From an uncultured Nitrospirales bacterium (GTDB lineage Bacteria > Nitrospirota > Nitrospiria > Nitrospirales > NS-4), in contig CAZITU010000003.1 in the NCBI GenBank assembly GCA_964542245.1, forward strand, positions 17,888 through 81,887: 64,000 nt of DNA, written 5' to 3'. The translations under genes were made by a program, and so were the position numbers. Positions within the stretch are counted from its first letter, which is position 1. Each line of letters starts with the position of its first letter. Shown here piece after piece: positions 27,113 through 36,969 of this stretch. A model generated the notes under the pieces. It worked only from the letters and a program-made list of their open reading frames with translations. It did no database searches and was not told where the DNA came from.

Positions 27113-27901
27113 TCATCGCGGGACGATCGGTTTGCGCGCCACCGCCAAGAGTCCGGCGCCTTCAGGAAACTGCCGGCTTTGACTTCCGAATTGGTCCAGC
27201 CAGACAAGTCCCGCATAAAGAGGAATTCCGAGCCCGCGCAGGAACGGGCGCTCCGACAGCACTTCGCACAAATCGTCCGCCCACTGTCCCCAGAGACCGA
27301 TCGGGTTCCGGATCTGAAGCACCTCGAAACCGGCCTGTTTGAGCTTCAGGCGCATCGCTTCATTGTCGTACCCGTCGCGAACATGTCCTTCTTCCTCGAT
27401 ATGGAAATGCGGGCGAACAAGATTGGGCACGTGCAGGATGAGATAGCCTCCCGGTTTCATGGCTCCCGACAAGGCGACGATGGCCGCCTGATCGTCCTCA
27501 ATGTGCTCCAGCACGTCCAAGCAAATGGCCAGATCGAACTCTTCACTGCGTGGCAGCCTGAGCAGATCCTCCTGGAGAAACCGCGTATGGTCAGTCCTCA
27601 GCGCGCGGGCTATGCGATCCGCCCTCTCCACCTTGCGCCCGTCCAACTCGTAGCCGGTTACGGACACACCCGGATAGCGCCGCGCCAGATAAAAGCTGTA
27701 TTCGCCCTTCCCTGAGCCGGCATCGAGAACATTCGCCGCTCCCAGATCAAGCCCGTAAGACGCCTGCAAAAAATCCAGCGCCTGCCTGAGGGACCGCAGC
27801 CGCAATCGCGCACCGGCGTGGGGATTGCCTATAAGTTGAAAGGTCAATCGCCGAAGAAGATTCAGCTCAAACTGCGCCTGTTCTCGTCCAAACCTCGCCA
27901 T
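27113..27901 (-). CDS. class I SAM-dependent methyltransferase
   Basis: Motif I VLDAGSGKGEYS, followed by DLAICLDVLEHI. Confidence 0.85.
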   Translation of the reverse strand: MARFGREQAQFELNLLRRLTFQLIGNPHAGARLRLRSLRQALDFLQASYGLDLGAANVLDAGSGKGEYSFYLARRYPGVSVTGYELDGRKVERADRIARALRTDHTRFLQEDLLRLPRSEEFDLAICLDVLEHIEDDQAAIVALSGAMKPGGYLILHVPNLVRPHFHIEEEGHVRDGYDNEAMRLKLKQAGFEVLQIRNPIGLWGQWADDLCEVLSERPFLRGLGIPLYAGLVWLDQFGSQSRQFPEGAGLLAVARKPIVPR

Positions 27902-28919
27902 CTCTCACCCGTTGCCCCATGAGTTTGATTCGGTAGACCATCGCCTTGTAACGCGCATACTGCTTCCGAAGCGCCCGCACCCACATCGGATGTGACCGCT
28001 CCAGCGTTAGATATGTGACCAGGTCGCCTCCGAAACTGCTTTTGAATTGAAAAAACCTGGGCACGTTGGAGCCGACAAGATCATAACAGGAGTATCCCTC
28101 CGACTTGGCCCATTGGATGGCGGCCCAGTGCATGGCGTTGCTTGCTCCAAGCCCGCTCTGCGCCCTGCTGGACGCGCCGTCCAGGTAATAGACCGTTCCT
28201 TTCCACATGGCCAACAACGCTCCAGCCGCGAGCACCCCTTCGTGTTTCGCCAAGACCCAAACAAGATCGCCCTTCGTCCCAAATCGGTTCCAAACCGCGC
28301 GGAAAAACTCTTTCGAACTGGGCGGCGTTCGGTTTTGACGCGCATAGAGGTCCGCCACAAGACTATAATAGGATTCCAGGCAATGGCCGTCACGGACAAT
28401 CTCCGTCGTCACCCCTGCCCGAGCAGCCTTACGGATCTGCCGTTGGCAAGGTGACTTAACGCGTTTCCAGAGTGTGTCCGCGTCTTGTGTCAGGTCCACG
28501 ATATGGGTCAAGTTGTCAACGCACTCGTAGCCGAGGTCCATGAAGGGTTGCCTTGGGTGATCGTGTCGCAAGATGATCCGAGCATGGTTGATCCTCTGCC
28601 CTCGCATGTAGTCCGCAAAGAGTCTCATGACGTCCGGGAGCAACTCGTCCGCCACAACCGGTCCCAGGTAATGGGTGTCCTCGACAACCAATGGAGATGC
28701 CGCAACCGTCAACGGGCCAAAACGTTTGACAAACAGTGGAAAGATTCCGGCCAGTTCCCTGCCATCGAAGATGCCGAGGCGAAGGAGCTGGAGCCGTTGG
28801 CTTTCACGAACAATCACAAGCCAATCCGTGAGATGGAAGAGCAGACCCCGCGGTGATGAGATGACGACAGTGTCCCATTCCGCTTCTTGCCCCGCTGTCA
28901 CTTCACGTAGTTCTAACAT
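27867..28919 (-). CDS. FemAB-family / GNAT-fold protein
   Basis: CQRQIRKAARAGV ... YYLDGASS ... NAMHWAAIQWAKSEGYSCYDLVG ... FQFKSSFGG. Confidence 0.72.
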   Translation of the reverse strand: MLELREVTAGQEAEWDTVVISSPRGLLFHLTDWLVIVRESQRLQLLRLGIFDGRELAGIFPLFVKRFGPLTVAASPLVVEDTHYLGPVVADELLPDVMRLFADYMRGQRINHARIILRHDHPRQPFMDLGYECVDNLTHIVDLTQDADTLWKRVKSPCQRQIRKAARAGVTTEIVRDGHCLESYYSLVADLYARQNRTPPSSKEFFRAVWNRFGTKGDLVWVLAKHEGVLAAGALLAMWKGTVYYLDGASSRAQSGLGASNAMHWAAIQWAKSEGYSCYDLVGSNVPRFFQFKSSFGGDLVTYLTLERSHPMWVRALRKQYARYKAMVYRIKLMGQRVRDGEVWTRTGAV

Positions 28920-28940
28920 GCCGGGGCACCCCAGCTTGGT

Positions 28941-30272
28941 TCAACTGCTGCCTGTATGCCCATAGACAATTCCCCCGCTTCTCTGTTCCTCTGTTGTCCG
29001 GCAAGGCATCGCAAGCCGGATGCATGCGACGCTCAACGCGAACACAATGTAAAGCAGCCCGCTGTACGCCTGAGACAGGAAGAACCCGCCTACAATGAAT
29101 CCCCATAAGCTGATCTCCAGAGCAGCGGCGAGAGAGATCACATTTTTCAGGCGGGAGTGTTCGGTTGTCGCCGGGACAACGCCTCGGATACGACGAAGCT
29201 CTTTGATTGTCAGGGCAAACATCATCAGGAATACAGCCAGGCCGGCAACGCCCAGATCAACTCCAACCTGGAGAAACGAGTTGTGGGCGGCTTTCCACCT
29301 GCCCTCACCCCCATGGGATAAGCCTTCCGCGATCTCAAATCCGTTAATGCCGACTCCCCATGGATGAGTCGCCATGAGCACAAGCCCCGTTTTCCATACC
29401 TCCGTTCGTCCGGTGCCCGTGCGTTCCAGTTCCGTCTTCGGATCCCAGATCGCCTCCATACGCTCCCAGTAATCACTGCCCGCCAGTCCTCCGAACACCA
29501 GCAGCGCAATCCCGGTGACAAGGACCTTGGTCGTTCGGCTTAAAGCGCTCTGCCACAATATCAGAGCACCGACTACCAGCAAGGCAAGCAAGCCGCCGCG
29601 TGACCGCGTGAGCACGACACCGTACAGGCAGGCGGAAGCCATGCCGAGGAGGGCGATCCTTAAGATTACTCCCGATGTTGAGAAAAGATAGAGAACCAAG
29701 GGAAGTACCATAACCAGCAACATGGCAAGGTCATTGGCGTCGTATGTCTCGGACTCCGCGTTAAAGCGCGCGCCTCCCATTTCACCAGTGAGAAGACCCA
29801 ATATCACCAAACCAGCCATCCCCAGACAGCAAACCCAGACCAGGCGACGCATGTCCTGAAGCGATCTGGACCAGAAGATGACAAGCAGGAAGAGCAGGAT
29901 AGTCTTCCAATATTTTTCGGTGACAAACTCGAAGCTACGCCTAGGCCATACGCTAAGGGGAACGGTGACGATACCCAAGCCCAGGAGTATCAGCACATAC
30001 CGCGCCTGTTTTATCTCTAAAGGGATCTTGTCCCATAACGAACCGGGCGCAATCACCCAAGCAAGCAACGCGAGCCCACCAGTCACCAAGCCAATCCTTA
30101 AGGGCGCCAAGGCCGGGAGCACCTCCTGAATCCGACCGACAGCCACCAGCGTGAAAAGCAACAAAAATACCATCCCCCAGGTAAACGGAGCGCGGTCCCG
30201 TATAGCCGGGAAACTCGAAGGCATCGGCTCAGCAAGTGTCCCTACATGACGCGCGCCCGCTGCATTCCTCAT
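28941..30272 (-). CDS. O-antigen ligase/polymerase-like (Wzy_C) membrane protein
   Basis: About 10-12 TM helices with a periplasmic loop ...WDPKTELERTGTGRTEVWKTG...HNSFLQV, typical of Wzy/WaaL-like proteins. Exosortase loci carry such a putative O-glycosylation ligase. Confidence 0.75.
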   Translation of the reverse strand: MRNAAGARHVGTLAEPMPSSFPAIRDRAPFTWGMVFLLLFTLVAVGRIQEVLPALAPLRIGLVTGGLALLAWVIAPGSLWDKIPLEIKQARYVLILLGLGIVTVPLSVWPRRSFEFVTEKYWKTILLFLLVIFWSRSLQDMRRLVWVCCLGMAGLVILGLLTGEMGGARFNAESETYDANDLAMLLVMVLPLVLYLFSTSGVILRIALLGMASACLYGVVLTRSRGGLLALLVVGALILWQSALSRTTKVLVTGIALLVFGGLAGSDYWERMEAIWDPKTELERTGTGRTEVWKTGLVLMATHPWGVGINGFEIAEGLSHGGEGRWKAAHNSFLQVGVDLGVAGLAVFLMMFALTIKELRRIRGVVPATTEHSRLKNVISLAAALEISLWGFIVGGFFLSQAYSGLLYIVFALSVACIRLAMPCRTTEEQRSGGIVYGHTGSS

Positions 30273-31498
30273 AGCCTGAACACCTCCACGATTCGTTCGA
30301 TATCACGCTCGCTCACCCATGGATGCGTGGGAAGCGTCACACATTGCCTGCTGACCAGCTTGGCGACCGGAAAACTGTCTTCCAAGTTTCCAATATGAGG
30401 TCTCAGCTCCGGCACCTCCGACAGGGGCAAAGGATACCCACAAGTGGCGCCCAGCCCGCGACGCTCCAGTTCTGCGAGTGTCCGCCTGCGAACCGTCGCA
30501 TCTCTCACCAGGACCGACAGGCGAAGGAATCCCCCTTCATCGCCTTCTTGGGGCCAGATCACATAAAGCCCCTGGATTTCTTCGAGCGCCTGCCGCAGTC
30601 GTCCGGCATTCGCCTGCCTCACGTTCCGGAGCTCCTTCAGACCCGGCAGAAGTCTCGCTCCAAGGGCTTCCTGGAACCCGGACATAGGCCTTACCGGAAA
30701 GGTTGGATCATAGATGGAGGCCCCAAGCTTGAGAAACGGCAATGACGCCGGCAGCCAGTAAAGTGAGGGGCGGATGAACATCGCCATGAGGGCCGTCTCA
30801 AGAGCTGATCGAAGCCCGAGCTGTGGCGTCCGTCCAAACGCAGGCTGAATGTCTGCCAGGACCAGTCGGCAACAACCGGCCAGAGCTTCGTCATTCGTCC
30901 CGATGAGCCCCCCGCCTGCAGCCGGAAGGGTCTTCCCGCGGCTAAGACTAAAGATGGCGGCGTCCCCGAATGCCCCGATCGGTCGGCCCAGACACTTTAC
31001 GCCCATGGCTTGAGCGGCATCCTCAACGACCGGAACCCCACGATCACGGGCGATTCCACAGAGTGCTTGGATCCGACACGGAACTCCAAATAAGTGATTC
31101 GGGACGACACACAGCGTCCGAGCGGTAAGGACGCGCTCTAGTTCCTTCGGGGACAGGCCCAAGGTTTCCGTCTCCACATCGCACAGCCGTACCCGTAACC
31201 CTGCCCGCACGACCGCCGCCGGGACTGAATAGGAGGTATAGGCCGGGATGACGACCTCGTCCCGATCAGGATGTCGTTTCCTTAAACCCATCAAGACTAC
31301 GCTGAGCGCAGACCGACCCGAGTTGGTCAAGACCCAATGGGTCAAGCCCGTCCAATCAGCGAACTGCCTGGACAAATCTTGTGCCCCACCTGCTCTCCCC
31401 ATGGCGACCTCTAGGCTGCCGAGTACCGCGCGGTGCGGAATCATCCCCCCGACGGGGGGCAAGACCCTAAACACGCCCTGTATCATTGGATTGCCCAA
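30269..31498 (-). CDS. DegT/DnrJ/EryC1-family PLP-dependent aminotransferase
   Basis: Fold-type I sugar aminotransferase pattern; FSLSRGKTLPAAGGG contains the candidate Schiff-base Lys. Confidence 0.82.
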   Translation of the reverse strand: MGNPMIQGVFRVLPPVGGMIPHRAVLGSLEVAMGRAGGAQDLSRQFADWTGLTHWVLTNSGRSALSVVLMGLRKRHPDRDEVVIPAYTSYSVPAAVVRAGLRVRLCDVETETLGLSPKELERVLTARTLCVVPNHLFGVPCRIQALCGIARDRGVPVVEDAAQAMGVKCLGRPIGAFGDAAIFSLSRGKTLPAAGGGLIGTNDEALAGCCRLVLADIQPAFGRTPQLGLRSALETALMAMFIRPSLYWLPASLPFLKLGASIYDPTFPVRPMSGFQEALGARLLPGLKELRNVRQANAGRLRQALEEIQGLYVIWPQEGDEGGFLRLSVLVRDATVRRRTLAELERRGLGATCGYPLPLSEVPELRPHIGNLEDSFPVAKLVSRQCVTLPTHPWVSERDIERIVEVFRL

Positions 31499-31571
31499 GC
31501 TCGCCGTCCTGGCTGTTGCCTCAAAGTCGAAGGACCTAACCTATATCATAGGCGGAATTGGAAACACATCG

Positions 31572-33137
31572 TCATTCAGCTTTCGTGCGTGTCCAAGCTT
31601 CTACAAATTTACCAATCACGGCGTCGGTTCTCTTTGTTTCGATGACGGAGGAAGACGCACGATGGTAAAGGAGCTGCGTAAACCAGCGGATGTACCGAAT
31701 GAACAAGTCGAAAGGCCGATACAAGTAATAAAACAACAGTAGCTTCTTGTCGCGAATCCCATATATTGAGGAAAGGGCCTCCCGCGCCGGGAAAACGGCT
31801 CTCGCTACAATCGCCAACTTTCTCCGAACCGGCTCATCGGTGAACAGAGCCGGGACGTTTAGAGGGACCACAACGACGCCGTGTCTTTCTTTGAACATCC
31901 GTTCTTCCAGAAGCCGCAGGAGGTCCTCATCAAAATCTCCAGGCTTCAGTGCGCTCAGAACTCCGTGAGGAATTCGACCATTTACGAGGTTGTTCACCAT
32001 CGCCCACACACAATAGAGAAAAGGCCGGAACAACGGAGTTCGCGCTCTTGGCATCACCTTGTCCCAATCAAGCTGCTCAGCGTAGCGTGTAATCGTCTGC
32101 GCAATGTCGCACAGATCGCTCAGCTTGATGGCTAATCCGTTGCTTAAGCCGGCATGGAGGGTCAAGTAAAAGAGATTGTCCTCAGGGGATAGGGTCAACA
32201 GCGTGGTCTCCCCATAGTTAAGGGGTTTAGCATTGGTCCATATGCTTTCAACGTCAAAATAGGCCTGATAGGAAGGCTCAACTAAATGCCAGTGAACTTC
32301 GACGAAGCTGGAGGTTTCTCTATCAAGAAATTGAATGTTATGGTGGTGCTCCTCGGACCAGGCTTGGAACGTCGCGCCATTACTTCTGACGCAGTAAAGA
32401 TCCTTCTGAAGCAAGCCTGCGAACGGCACATATCCCCGGTCGAGCATGAGCCGCTTAACCAGTTCGAGGTCTTGGCGGCGGATCAAGATGTCCAAATCGC
32501 CGATGAATCTAAGGTCGAGCGTTTTGTATATGTCGAAGGCTAAGACCAACCCTTTTATTTCGATCGCCGATACTCCATGCTCCCGGAAGAGTTTCAGAAG
32601 ACCGACGAGCACCTCCATACTCCATTGATTACTCCCCGCAATACCTTCATACGCGCGTTGCATCTTGTGCATTATCGGTGGAGGCACGTGCTCGCCTCCT
32701 TCTACCTTCCTGAGATTCCGATAAATGAACGAGACTACGCTATGAACACACGCAATTCTGAACAGGTAACCCCAATCCAAATCCTTTTTTAGCAGTTCCT
32801 GTGCCTGCTCGTGTGAACGTTGATCCACTTCCACCCGAGAGAGCAATTTGAGCAGTTGCCGTTCGGGACCGAGAGGCGTGGGCTGCGAACTCCTCAGGAT
32901 ATACGTGCCCTTTAAGATTGATTGAACATCATCAGGCAATTCACGGAGGATCCCTAGTTTCTCCGCTTTCCGACAATTCACATGCTGCTGGTTTTCACGC
33001 AGGACCTTTGAAATGAAGTACGGCCAGTTGATCCTTTCTTCTAGAAGCCTGCGAACTTTTACCGGGCTAAGATCATCGTGATAATTAGTCAGTTCGGACC
33101 AGAGGACATTTTCAACCGGAGCTTCCAAATCCCTCAC
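31572..33137 (-). CDS. uncharacterised nucleotidyltransferase-family protein (NTP_transf_5-like)
   Basis: FIGDLDILIRRQDLELVKRLMLDRGY resembles the nucleotidyltransferase core. Lies in a markedly lower-GC segment. GTG start. Confidence 0.6.
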   Translation of the reverse strand: MRDLEAPVENVLWSELTNYHDDLSPVKVRRLLEERINWPYFISKVLRENQQHVNCRKAEKLGILRELPDDVQSILKGTYILRSSQPTPLGPERQLLKLLSRVEVDQRSHEQAQELLKKDLDWGYLFRIACVHSVVSFIYRNLRKVEGGEHVPPPIMHKMQRAYEGIAGSNQWSMEVLVGLLKLFREHGVSAIEIKGLVLAFDIYKTLDLRFIGDLDILIRRQDLELVKRLMLDRGYVPFAGLLQKDLYCVRSNGATFQAWSEEHHHNIQFLDRETSSFVEVHWHLVEPSYQAYFDVESIWTNAKPLNYGETTLLTLSPEDNLFYLTLHAGLSNGLAIKLSDLCDIAQTITRYAEQLDWDKVMPRARTPLFRPFLYCVWAMVNNLVNGRIPHGVLSALKPGDFDEDLLRLLEERMFKERHGVVVVPLNVPALFTDEPVRRKLAIVARAVFPAREALSSIYGIRDKKLLLFYYLYRPFDLFIRYIRWFTQLLYHRASSSVIETKRTDAVIGKFVEAWTRTKAE

Positions 33138-33184
33138 CCTCTTGTTACCGAAGCACTCTTGTGGCCATTAAACTCATAAGCCGC

Positions 33185-34075
33185 TTAGCCGATTAAGGCT
33201 GCATAAACATCGCCATATATGGTCTTATCCTGCAAGGATTTTAGTATCTCCTTGACCTCTTCCGCTCGTACCCAGCTAGGCAAAGCCAATTGCATGGATT
33301 CACCTTCCGAATAATTGAATCCGTACTTCCCAAGGCTGGAAAGATAATTGATGCAATCTATTGCCGGGCCGACATAGCTTGCCCCGAACTCGAAGGAAAG
33401 GTACTGAATGGCTCGGGACAAGCCTTTTAAGACCTGATAGTCAAATCCCTCAACATCTATCTTGCAAAATCTCGGTATGCCATATTCTTCAATTAATCTG
33501 TCCAAAGTGGTCGTCGGCACGACCGTGCTCGCATGCCACGCGAAGGAGGAGAACCACCCGCCGCTTGCCTTGCAAGCGGCTATCCAATCCCTCGACATGG
33601 ATGAGAGCGCGTGATAATCGCAGATCAGCATTTCGCGTTCACCAGGCCTCTCATCTAGTCCTTTCTGAACCAGGATCACTCTTTTCTGGTTTCGGTACTT
33701 TCTCCGAAGCGTTTGCACACAACTGTCCTGGGGCTCGATAGCCACTACGGTGGCTCCGAGGTCCAGAAACACTTGAGTCCTATTTCCTAAGTTGGCCCCG
33801 ACATCAAAGCACAAGTCCCCTTTTTTGATGAATTTGGAATATAAATCAATTTGTTTCTGTTTGTAATGGACATGGCACAACCACCGTATAGTGAGCCACT
33901 TGCCAGGGAAATAAGGGAAACGTGATTCATACCATGTAAGTGCACGTCCCAAGATCCCGGTACGCCATTTGGCCGGGAAGTAAGGGAAGCGGGATACATA
34001 CCCGGCAAGAGACTTGCTGAGGAGACCCGCTGCGGCATCTCCCTTTCCCATAGCTCTTGTTAAGAGTGAATTCAC
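33185..34075 (-). CDS. FkbM-family methyltransferase
   Basis: CFDVGANLGNRT ... VVAIEP ... CKIDVEGFD. Low-GC segment. The start is ambiguous (GTG at 34075 or ATG at 34051). Confidence 0.8.
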   Translation of the reverse strand: MNSLLTRAMGKGDAAAGLLSKSLAGYVSRFPYFPAKWRTGILGRALTWYESRFPYFPGKWLTIRWLCHVHYKQKQIDLYSKFIKKGDLCFDVGANLGNRTQVFLDLGATVVAIEPQDSCVQTLRRKYRNQKRVILVQKGLDERPGEREMLICDYHALSSMSRDWIAACKASGGWFSSFAWHASTVVPTTTLDRLIEEYGIPRFCKIDVEGFDYQVLKGLSRAIQYLSFEFGASYVGPAIDCINYLSSLGKYGFNYSEGESMQLALPSWVRAEEVKEILKSLQDKTIYGDVYAALIG

Positions 34076-34095
34076 CTGTTCAGCTTATCCTGCTC

Positions 34096-35568
34096 TCACT
34101 TTGCGGCCGGCAACGGACGACCCTTCCGGACGAGCCATCCCGCCACCTCCGTAAGCTCACGGACCACAAGACCTCCCCGCCAGAAGATCCCCAATCCGTA
34201 GGCAAGCCCCCCTGCCCCGATAGCGAGGGCTAATCGGACAGCGCGAGCTACGACATCATCACCCGGAATGACCCACCGCACTACGAGAATCAAGCTGGCC
34301 ATGACCAAGGTAAACCATATCGACAACCGTACCTGTTCCCAGATGATTTTCCACGTGATCCCTAGTTCATTCAGCGCCTCGCGCGCCATCCAGACCATGA
34401 TGAACGGGTACACCGCGACCCAGGCCAGAGCCACTCCCAGCGCCCCCATCAGAGTCGTCCCGGCCCAGAACGCAATCGGCATGACGATGAGCAGGGCCAA
34501 CGCGTACCGAAATAGAAAGGCGGTTCGATATCTGGCAGTGAGAACCGGTGGTAGAAGCACGTCGCCGGACCGCACCAGCGCATAGATACAGAGCACCTGA
34601 AGGATGGGTGCTGCTGGCAGCCACTTGTCGGTGAGAGCGATCACGACAAGATCATCGGCGAGCAAGGCCATGCCCATGCACAAGGGAACCGTGATGCAGG
34701 CAACCAACCGTACGCCTCGCAGAAAGGAGGCACGCATTGCATTGGAATCCGCCTGCAACTCGGCCATGACCGGAAAAGCCACCTGGTTGACGACACCTGA
34801 CACCTTTTCCACCGGAAGCAATGCCAGACGTTTAGCCATTGAGAAAAACCCGAGTGCGACATCACCTGCCACTGCGCCTAGTATGAGCGCATCCGATTGC
34901 TGATAAGCCGCTGCGCACAGCCGGGAACCCAAGGCGGCCGAGCTGAAGCGAATGAGATCGTTCAGTCGCGCGCCACGAACGTGGATAGTGGGCGTCCATC
35001 GTACAAACCAATAGGCCGACAACGTCTGCAGGGCCGGCATGAACACCCCAACACTGACCAGCGCCCATACACCAGCTCCGGCCAAGGCCAATCCAACGAC
35101 CAGCGGGATGCCGAGCACCGTAGCCAGGATTTCACCCTTGGCGAGCTTATCCAGCTCCAATCGTTGGCGCAAGAGACCTTCCGGTACGACCCGCAATGCC
35201 GCGAGCGGTAACATGAGTCCCAGTGCACGTAGAATCGAAGCAAGCACGGGCATCGCGAACCAGGTCGCAATCCACGGAGCGGCCAGGTACAGAACACCGT
35301 ACGCTCCCATAGCCACGGCGACGGTAAACCAAAAACACGCGCTCAGATCCTCTTCTTTCAGATCCCGAAACTGCACAATAGCCACGCCAAGACCAAGCTC
35401 TGTGAACAAAAGGATCGTTCCGGTCCAAACACCCGCCACCGCCATGACTCCGTAATCACTCGGGCTCAGCAACCTGGCTACCAGGATGGTGCTGAAAAAG
35501 GAAAGAATCTGTATTCCCCCTCGTGACCACACAATCCAAAACACCGACTTGGCAATCCGTTCCTTCAT
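34096..35568 (-). CDS. wzx: Wzx-type polysaccharide flippase (MOP superfamily)
   Basis: 490 aa, about 12-14 TM helices. N-terminus MKERIAKSVFWIVWSRGGIQILSF is typical of polysaccharide biosynthesis (PST) proteins. Confidence 0.85.
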   Translation of the reverse strand: MKERIAKSVFWIVWSRGGIQILSFFSTILVARLLSPSDYGVMAVAGVWTGTILLFTELGLGVAIVQFRDLKEEDLSACFWFTVAVAMGAYGVLYLAAPWIATWFAMPVLASILRALGLMLPLAALRVVPEGLLRQRLELDKLAKGEILATVLGIPLVVGLALAGAGVWALVSVGVFMPALQTLSAYWFVRWTPTIHVRGARLNDLIRFSSAALGSRLCAAAYQQSDALILGAVAGDVALGFFSMAKRLALLPVEKVSGVVNQVAFPVMAELQADSNAMRASFLRGVRLVACITVPLCMGMALLADDLVVIALTDKWLPAAPILQVLCIYALVRSGDVLLPPVLTARYRTAFLFRYALALLIVMPIAFWAGTTLMGALGVALAWVAVYPFIMVWMAREALNELGITWKIIWEQVRLSIWFTLVMASLILVVRWVIPGDDVVARAVRLALAIGAGGLAYGLGIFWRGGLVVRELTEVAGWLVRKGRPLPAAK

Positions 35569-36923
35569 GGACGTTCCGCTGTCCCCACATTTTCTAAAAA
35601 CCCCGCCAGCCTGGCGGTCAATTGTTCAAAGTTGAACTCCTGAATGACAGGATCACGCCAAGGCTCTGGGGTCATCTTTGTTTCTCCGCAACGACTTCGG
35701 CGGATACACTCGAGAATGCCGTTTTGGATTTCTACAGGGTTCGTGTGCTCCACGGCAATCCCTCTCCCCGTCCGAGCAAGCACCTCGGACACCGCCCCCC
35801 TGCTCCCTATGTTGAAAATGACCGCCCCTGCGGCCAGCGCATCATAGAGTTTGAACGGTATTTGCACCGGATGCCGTTCGTCCAGGACCAACACGACATG
35901 GGATTCCAAAGTCTGCCGCAATGCTTCACGCCTGGGGACAGGGGGCTGCACGCCCACGATGTGGTCTAAGCCCAATTGTTTTACAAGCTCAGTCACCGAC
36001 TGGCCATCAGCACGTGAGACATTCCCGACAAACCTGACGAATATATCGTGTTCGTTCAATCTCCCGTCGTCAATCAAACATCTCAGAGCGCGGAGGAAAG
36101 GCACGGGGGTTCGTCCATGGTAGAACGTTCCCAGGTAGGAAAAAACAACCGGATCAGACGGTCTTCTGGCGGCTGACTGATCGCTAAAATCAGATGGGTC
36201 AAACCCATTCGTTAACGTTACAAATTTGGTTGGATCGAGGTTGGGGTGTTCCTTTCTGGCTTGCTCCGTCATTGGTGTGGTCACAGAAAGCACGAGGTCG
36301 GCTTGCTCCATGACATGGCGGATCAGCCACCGTTCCACCGCATCGGTCGCCCGAGTCCGGAACAAAGGATATTTGAGGGTCAGGGACCACGGATCGCGGA
36401 AGTCTGCCACCCACCGCACGCCCGTAAGTCGCTTCAACGCCAAGCCTACGAGATGGCAGGTGAAGGGAGGACCGGTCGTGAGGAGATACTCTATTCGTTT
36501 TTTCCTGATCAAATGCACGCCTCGCCGGATCGCCGGAGCGAGCCAGCCTAACTCCCGGTCAGGAAGCCATAGGAATCCGAGAAGCCAGCGCTTCAAACTC
36601 GCAATTCTAATTCGTGACGGCGCCATCGCCACAGCGTACGGAACGCTCAACTTAGCTGTGAATTCCTCCTCCTGCCCTTTCCGCTTCGCGCGTTCAATCA
36701 TAAAGCGTTCATAGCATTTCAACGGATGCGGCCATTCTTGGACTCTGTAAATCTCGGCGGTCTCGCTTCCGGTAATAGATGCAGCCACGTCTCCCGTCGT
36801 GGCCGTGAGCACAGTAGGTTCCCATCCGAATTCCGGGAGGTATCGCGCGAACTTGCTCGGCCTTGTCCCTCCCACAGCCGCATTCGGCGGATAGTGATAG
36901 GCCACAATGAGAACTTTCTTCAT
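35565..36923 (-). CDS. GT4-like glycosyltransferase
   Basis: MKKVLIVAYHYPPNAAVGGTRPSKFARYL N-terminus and GT-B layout. ATGA overlap with wzx at the 3' end. Confidence 0.75.
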   Translation of the reverse strand: MKKVLIVAYHYPPNAAVGGTRPSKFARYLPEFGWEPTVLTATTGDVAASITGSETAEIYRVQEWPHPLKCYERFMIERAKRKGQEEEFTAKLSVPYAVAMAPSRIRIASLKRWLLGFLWLPDRELGWLAPAIRRGVHLIRKKRIEYLLTTGPPFTCHLVGLALKRLTGVRWVADFRDPWSLTLKYPLFRTRATDAVERWLIRHVMEQADLVLSVTTPMTEQARKEHPNLDPTKFVTLTNGFDPSDFSDQSAARRPSDPVVFSYLGTFYHGRTPVPFLRALRCLIDDGRLNEHDIFVRFVGNVSRADGQSVTELVKQLGLDHIVGVQPPVPRREALRQTLESHVVLVLDERHPVQIPFKLYDALAAGAVIFNIGSRGAVSEVLARTGRGIAVEHTNPVEIQNGILECIRRSRCGETKMTPEPWRDPVIQEFNFEQLTARLAGFLENVGTAERP

Positions 36924-36969
36924 CGGCTTAAAGTCATGCCGCTTCGTTAGACCTCTTCTCGTCGAATAC

